Shown here in pieces: positions 59,694 to 64,000 of a DNA stretch of 64,000 nt. Below the pieces are notes generated by a model. The model ran no database searches, had not been told where the DNA came from, and saw nothing but the letters and a program-made list of their open reading frames with translations. The DNA is from an uncultured Clostridia bacterium (GTDB lineage Bacteria > Bacillota > Clostridia > TANB77 > CAG-508), in assembly GCA_947631915.1 (NCBI GenBank), contig CANRNC010000004.1, forward strand, positions 4,932 through 68,931. Reading direction: 5' to 3'. The translations under genes and the position numbers were made by a program. Position 1 is the first letter of the stretch. Each line of letters begins with the position of its first letter.

Positions 59694-61254
59694 ATGTATA
59701 GAATTGAAAATATAAAGATAAGAGAAGATTTAAATAAAAATGGATTAATTGATTTCATATGCAAGAAATATAAAATTAATATAAAAGAGATACTATCTTG
59801 GAAGATATATAAAAAATCGATAGATGCTAGAGATAAGAATGATGTATTTTATAATTATAGTATAGATATTGAAAGCAATAAAAAAATACAAGGTGCCAAG
59901 ATAATAAAAGATAAACTGATAGAGCCAATAAATATTGTAAATAGAAAAAGTTCAGTAAGACCAATCATAGTAGGGGCAGGACCAGCTGGAATATTTTGTG
60001 CATTAACATTAGTTCAAAATGGAATAAAACCAATAATAATTGAACAAGGAAATAAAGTAGAAGAAAGACAAAAAGATGTTTATAATTTTCGAAAAAATGG
60101 GAAATTGAATACTACTAGCAATGTACAATTTGGTGAAGGCGGTGCGGGAACTTTTTCCGATGGAAAGTTAACCTCACGGAGTAAATAGTATTTATGCTAA
60201 AAAAGTAATACAGGAATTTTATAATTTCGGTGCACCAGAGCAAATTTTATACACAAGTAAGCCACATATAGGTACTGACAAATTAATTAAAATAATTAAG
60301 AATATGAGGCAAGAAATAATTAAACTTGGTGGAGAGTTTTTATTTAATGAAAAAGTTATAGATTTTATAATAGAAGATGGAAATATACGAGAGGTTGTAA
60401 CTAATAGGCAAAGAATAAAAACGGATACAGTTGTATTAGCAATTGGTCATAGCGCAAGAGATACCTTTTACAAATTATATGAAAGAAATGTCGAAATGAG
60501 GAGAAAAAATTTCTCTGTAGGAGTAAGAATTGAACATTTACAGAGTATGATAAATAAATCTCAATATGGAACGAAGACAAAATTGAAGTTGCCTCCGGCA
60601 GAATATAAATTAGCTTATCATGGAGAAGATGGTCGCTCATGTTATACATTTTGTATGTGTCCAGGTGGAGAAGTAATAGCATCTTCAAGTGAGAAAGGTA
60701 CAGTAGTAACAAATGGAATGAGTACTTTTGCACGTGATGGAGCTAATGCAAATAGTGCAGTATTAGTTAATATTACTCCAGATGATGTTGGTGAAGGAAG
60801 TAATCCTTTAAAAGGTATAGAGTTTCAAAAGGAATTAGAGGAATTAGCTTTTAATTTAGGAGGAAGAAATTACTATGCACCAATTCAAAGAGTAGAAGAT
60901 TTTATAAATAATAATAAATCTACTTATATTGGTGAAGTAAAACCAACATATATACCAGGTGTAACATTATCAAATTTAAATAATATATTACCAGATTTTG
61001 TATGTAAAACTCTAAAAGAGGGAATAATATACTTTGATAAAAAAATATCAGGATTTGCTAATCCAGATGCTATATTAACTGGTGTAGAGACAAGAAGTTC
61101 GTCACCTGTAACAATAGTGAGAAACGAAATATTACAATCAAACATTAAGGGGGTATATCCGTGCGGAGAAGGTGCAGGATATGCAGGAGGGATAACTTCT
61201 GCTGGAGCAGATGGAATAAAATGTGCTATTGCAATCTGTAGCCAAATTTTATAA
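59694..61254 (+). pseudogene. FAD-dependent oxidoreductase (COG2509-like) interrupted by a +1 frame disruption near 60172-60185
   Basis: The N-terminal part (to 60188) has the dinucleotide-binding motif IIVGAGPAGIFCAL and GAGTFSDGKL. The continuation VNSIYAKKVIQEFYNFGAPEQILYTSKPHIGTDKL... reads in the next frame, open from 60172 through 61254 (CPGGEV, GEGAGYAGGI). Confidence 0.8.
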
Positions 61255-61333
61255 TAATCTTAAATATATTGTAGAGATTAAGTTTTTGATATATAATATT
61301 TAAAGCTAGAACAGGAAAGGATGTATAAAAATA

Positions 61334-63058
61334 GTGGATACAAATAAAAAAACAATTAAAATCTTTAATATTATAGCAATAGTATGTATACTCATATTTT
61401 GTATAACGATATCTCCAAAAGTATTACAAAATGATACATATTACACTATAAAAATAGGAGAACACATTATTAACACTAAAACGATAGATATGAAAGATCC
61501 ATTTTCATGGCACGAAAATTTAACATACACATATCCCCACTGGATGTATGATACAGGGATCTATTTAATTTATAATACTGGATGTAATATAGCAACAAAT
61601 TTTGGATTGGATGCTGAGAATGGTGGAATGACAGCAATATATATATCAACAATGGTTTTGGCATCTATTTTAGGAATATTAGTATATATAACCAATGTAA
61701 AAATAAATAATAATCATGTAATTTCATTTTTTTTGACTTTAGGAGTAATATACCTACTAAAAGATTTTATAGCAGCAAGGGCTCAATTGGTATCATATAT
61801 ATTTTTCACTCTAGAAATATTATTTATAGAACAATTTCTTAAAACTAAAAAAATACGATATGCTATGGGGTTATTCATAATAGCTACATTGATAGCAAAT
61901 TGCCATGCTGCTGTTTGGTATTTATTTTTCATATTAGCATTACCATATATTGGTGAAGCATTTATAATAGGATTAATGGAATCAAATCTATCATATAAAA
62001 TAAAAAAAATTATAGTTAAGTATGAAATAAACAATCTGGAAAAAAAGATTGTTAAGGCTAAAGATGAAAAAATAAAGAATAAGTTTAATATAAAATTAGA
62101 AAAATTAAATAGTAGAATGACAGAATTAGACGAGACAATAATAAAGAGCACTAAAGCAGTAAAAAAGATGGAAGAGAATTCATTTAAAATTAAAATAGAA
62201 AAAAGAGATAATATTAAATGGCTAATATTAGTATTGGCAATATGCTTACTTTCAGGACTTTTAACACCACAGACAACTTTTGAGCCATACACTCATATGA
62301 TAAAGTTATTAAGTGGTAATACAACTAGTAGCATATCAGAACATCTTCCAACAGTAGTAATAGAGTCAATGGATGCTTTAGTGGTGTTAATTATAGTTTT
62401 AATGTTTTTAATTTTTACAGATATTAAGATAACACTAAAAGATTTATTTATGTTAGTAGGTTTAATAGTACTAATGTTAATGTCTAAAAGGCAGATATCT
62501 ATATTAGTATTAATTGGAGTATATTCCTTAAATAGAATAATTACAGATTTTATAAGAAAATATGAAAGAAAATATAACGAAATAGATTTATTAAAGCATC
62601 TAGTTAAACCTTTTGAAGCCTTGGTTATTGTATTATTGTGTATATTATGTGGTGTGAATTTCTATGGTTCTAAATATGAACAAGAATATGTAAATAAAAA
62701 ATCATATCCAGTAGAGGCAACTCAATTTATTTTAGATAATTTAAATGTTAAAAACATAAGATTATACAATCATTATAATTTTGGTAGTTACCTATTATAT
62801 AAAAATATACCTGTTTTTATAGATTCTAGATGTGATTTATATAGTCCAGAATTCAATGAAAAAGACATATTTTCTGATGCTTTAGATATAGCAAATATAG
62901 GAGTATATTACGAAGATAAATTTGAAGAGTACGGAATAACACATATTATCACTAATTCAGACAGTAAACTTAAGATGCTATTAGAAAGAGATGATAATTA
63001 TATTAAAATATATGAAGATGATTATTTTTGGATTTTTGAGAGGTATATAGGAGAATAA
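61334..63058 (+). CDS. large polytopic membrane protein (possibly GT-C-fold glycosyltransferase-like), function unknown
   Basis: At least 10 predicted TM helices, a central Lys-rich helical insert, and a C-terminal soluble domain. GTG start; the family is not recognised with confidence. Confidence 0.55.
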   Translation: MDTNKKTIKIFNIIAIVCILIFCITISPKVLQNDTYYTIKIGEHIINTKTIDMKDPFSWHENLTYTYPHWMYDTGIYLIYNTGCNIATNFGLDAENGGMTAIYISTMVLASILGILVYITNVKINNNHVISFFLTLGVIYLLKDFIAARAQLVSYIFFTLEILFIEQFLKTKKIRYAMGLFIIATLIANCHAAVWYLFFILALPYIGEAFIIGLMESNLSYKIKKIIVKYEINNLEKKIVKAKDEKIKNKFNIKLEKLNSRMTELDETIIKSTKAVKKMEENSFKIKIEKRDNIKWLILVLAICLLSGLLTPQTTFEPYTHMIKLLSGNTTSSISEHLPTVVIESMDALVVLIIVLMFLIFTDIKITLKDLFMLVGLIVLMLMSKRQISILVLIGVYSLNRIITDFIRKYERKYNEIDLLKHLVKPFEALVIVLLCILCGVNFYGSKYEQEYVNKKSYPVEATQFILDNLNVKNIRLYNHYNFGSYLLYKNIPVFIDSRCDLYSPEFNEKDIFSDALDIANIGVYYEDKFEEYGITHIITNSDSKLKMLLERDDNYIKIYEDDYFWIFERYIGE

Positions 63059-63060
63059 AA

Positions 63061-63987
63061 ATGGAGACTTATGTAATAGACGAAAATATAGTAAACATTA
63101 GAATAGATAAAGCAATAGGAATGTTAGATAATAATTTATCAAGAGTAGCAATTCAAAGGCTAATTGACAGTGGTAATATTTTAGTAAATGGAGAAAAAAC
63201 TAAATCTTCTTATAAGACAAGACTTGGTGATGAAGTAACAATACAAAAAGAAGAACCTAAAAAGATAGACATAGTTGCACAAGATATTCCTATAGAAGTT
63301 TTATATGAAGATAAAGATATAATCGTTGTAAATAAACCTAAAGGTATAGTTGTGCATCCAGCTAATGGTAATCCAGATGGAACATTGGTTAACGCTATAA
63401 TGAATTTATGCGGAGATACTCTTTCTGGCATCGGAGGAGAAATTAGACCAGGTATAGTACATAGATTAGATAAAGATACAACAGGGGTATTAATAGTTGC
63501 AAAAAATGATTTTTCTCATATAAATATTAGCAATCAAATTAAAGATAGAAAAACAAAAAAAATATATATAGCATTAGCTAGAGGCGTTATAAAGGAAAAT
63601 GAAGCAACAATAGACATGCCAATAGGAAGAAGTAAAAAAGATAGAAAAAAGATGGCAGTCACGAGAGATGGAAAAGAAGCAGTTACACATTTTAAAGTAT
63701 TAAAAAGATATGAGAATTTTACACTTTTAGAAATAAAAATAGATACAGGGAGAACTCATCAAATAAGAGTTCATATGGCCGAAATAGGATATCCAATAGT
63801 AGGGGATTATGTATATTCAAACGGAAAAAATCCTTTTAATGTAGAAGGACAAATGTTACATGCAAAAAGGATAGAATTTACACATCCAAGAACAGGAAAA
63901 AAAATGATAATTGAAGCACCACTACCAAAGTATTTTCAAGAAGTATTACAACAGTTAGAGGAGGAAGAATATAGTGGAACAAAATGA
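63061..63987 (+). CDS. rluD: RluA-family 23S rRNA pseudouridine synthase (RluD-like)
   Basis: N-terminal S4 domain (RIDKAI...SRVAIQRLI) and catalytic motif HRLDKDTTGVLIVAK. Confidence 0.93.
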   Translation: METYVIDENIVNIRIDKAIGMLDNNLSRVAIQRLIDSGNILVNGEKTKSSYKTRLGDEVTIQKEEPKKIDIVAQDIPIEVLYEDKDIIVVNKPKGIVVHPANGNPDGTLVNAIMNLCGDTLSGIGGEIRPGIVHRLDKDTTGVLIVAKNDFSHINISNQIKDRKTKKIYIALARGVIKENEATIDMPIGRSKKDRKKMAVTRDGKEAVTHFKVLKRYENFTLLEIKIDTGRTHQIRVHMAEIGYPIVGDYVYSNGKNPFNVEGQMLHAKRIEFTHPRTGKKMIIEAPLPKYFQEVLQQLEEEEYSGTK

Positions 63988-64000
63988 AATACGTTTGCAA

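Overview
Very AT-rich (roughly 27-30% G+C by eye) chromosomal segment from an endospore-forming Firmicute, most likely Clostridia. The clade call rests on spoVS, ytfI/ytfJ, a ytxC-like gene, rny-ymdB-spoVS synteny, and dapA/dapB. The window is almost entirely core housekeeping, mostly on the + strand. Genes include recA, lysS, two ftsH paralogues, tsaD, topB, a SNF2/SWIM helicase, class A PBP, cysS, purD-like, recX, scpA, dapB/dapA, copA/copZ, rny, ymdB, spoVS, thiN, recD2, cmk, plsC, typA, rluD and two tRNAs. I see no transposase, integrase, prophage, CRISPR array or recognisable defence island, and I cannot honestly point to one clear-cut novel system. The observations most worth a second look are these. 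(1) An in-frame fusion of LysRS to a complete HD-hydrolase domain. (2) An uncharacterised protein joining an HprK-like P-loop domain to an Asp23 domain, just upstream of cmk-plsC. (3) A second ftsH paralogue bracketed by a perfect 13-bp inverted repeat. (4) A coiled-coil protein encoded by 33/45-nt tandem DNA repeats. (5) Two genes (an OmpR-type response regulator and an FAD-dependent oxidoreductase) each broken by a single-nucleotide +1 frame disruption. (6) Hexamer direct repeats phased at 11 bp, like response-regulator operators, at two promoters. (7) A tRNA-Gly clamped by an 11-bp leader/trailer stem. (8) A recurring GGGGCACA...TGTGCTC terminator family, one copy carrying a nested 18-bp hairpin. 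All family assignments come from motif recognition by eye; no database search was run.
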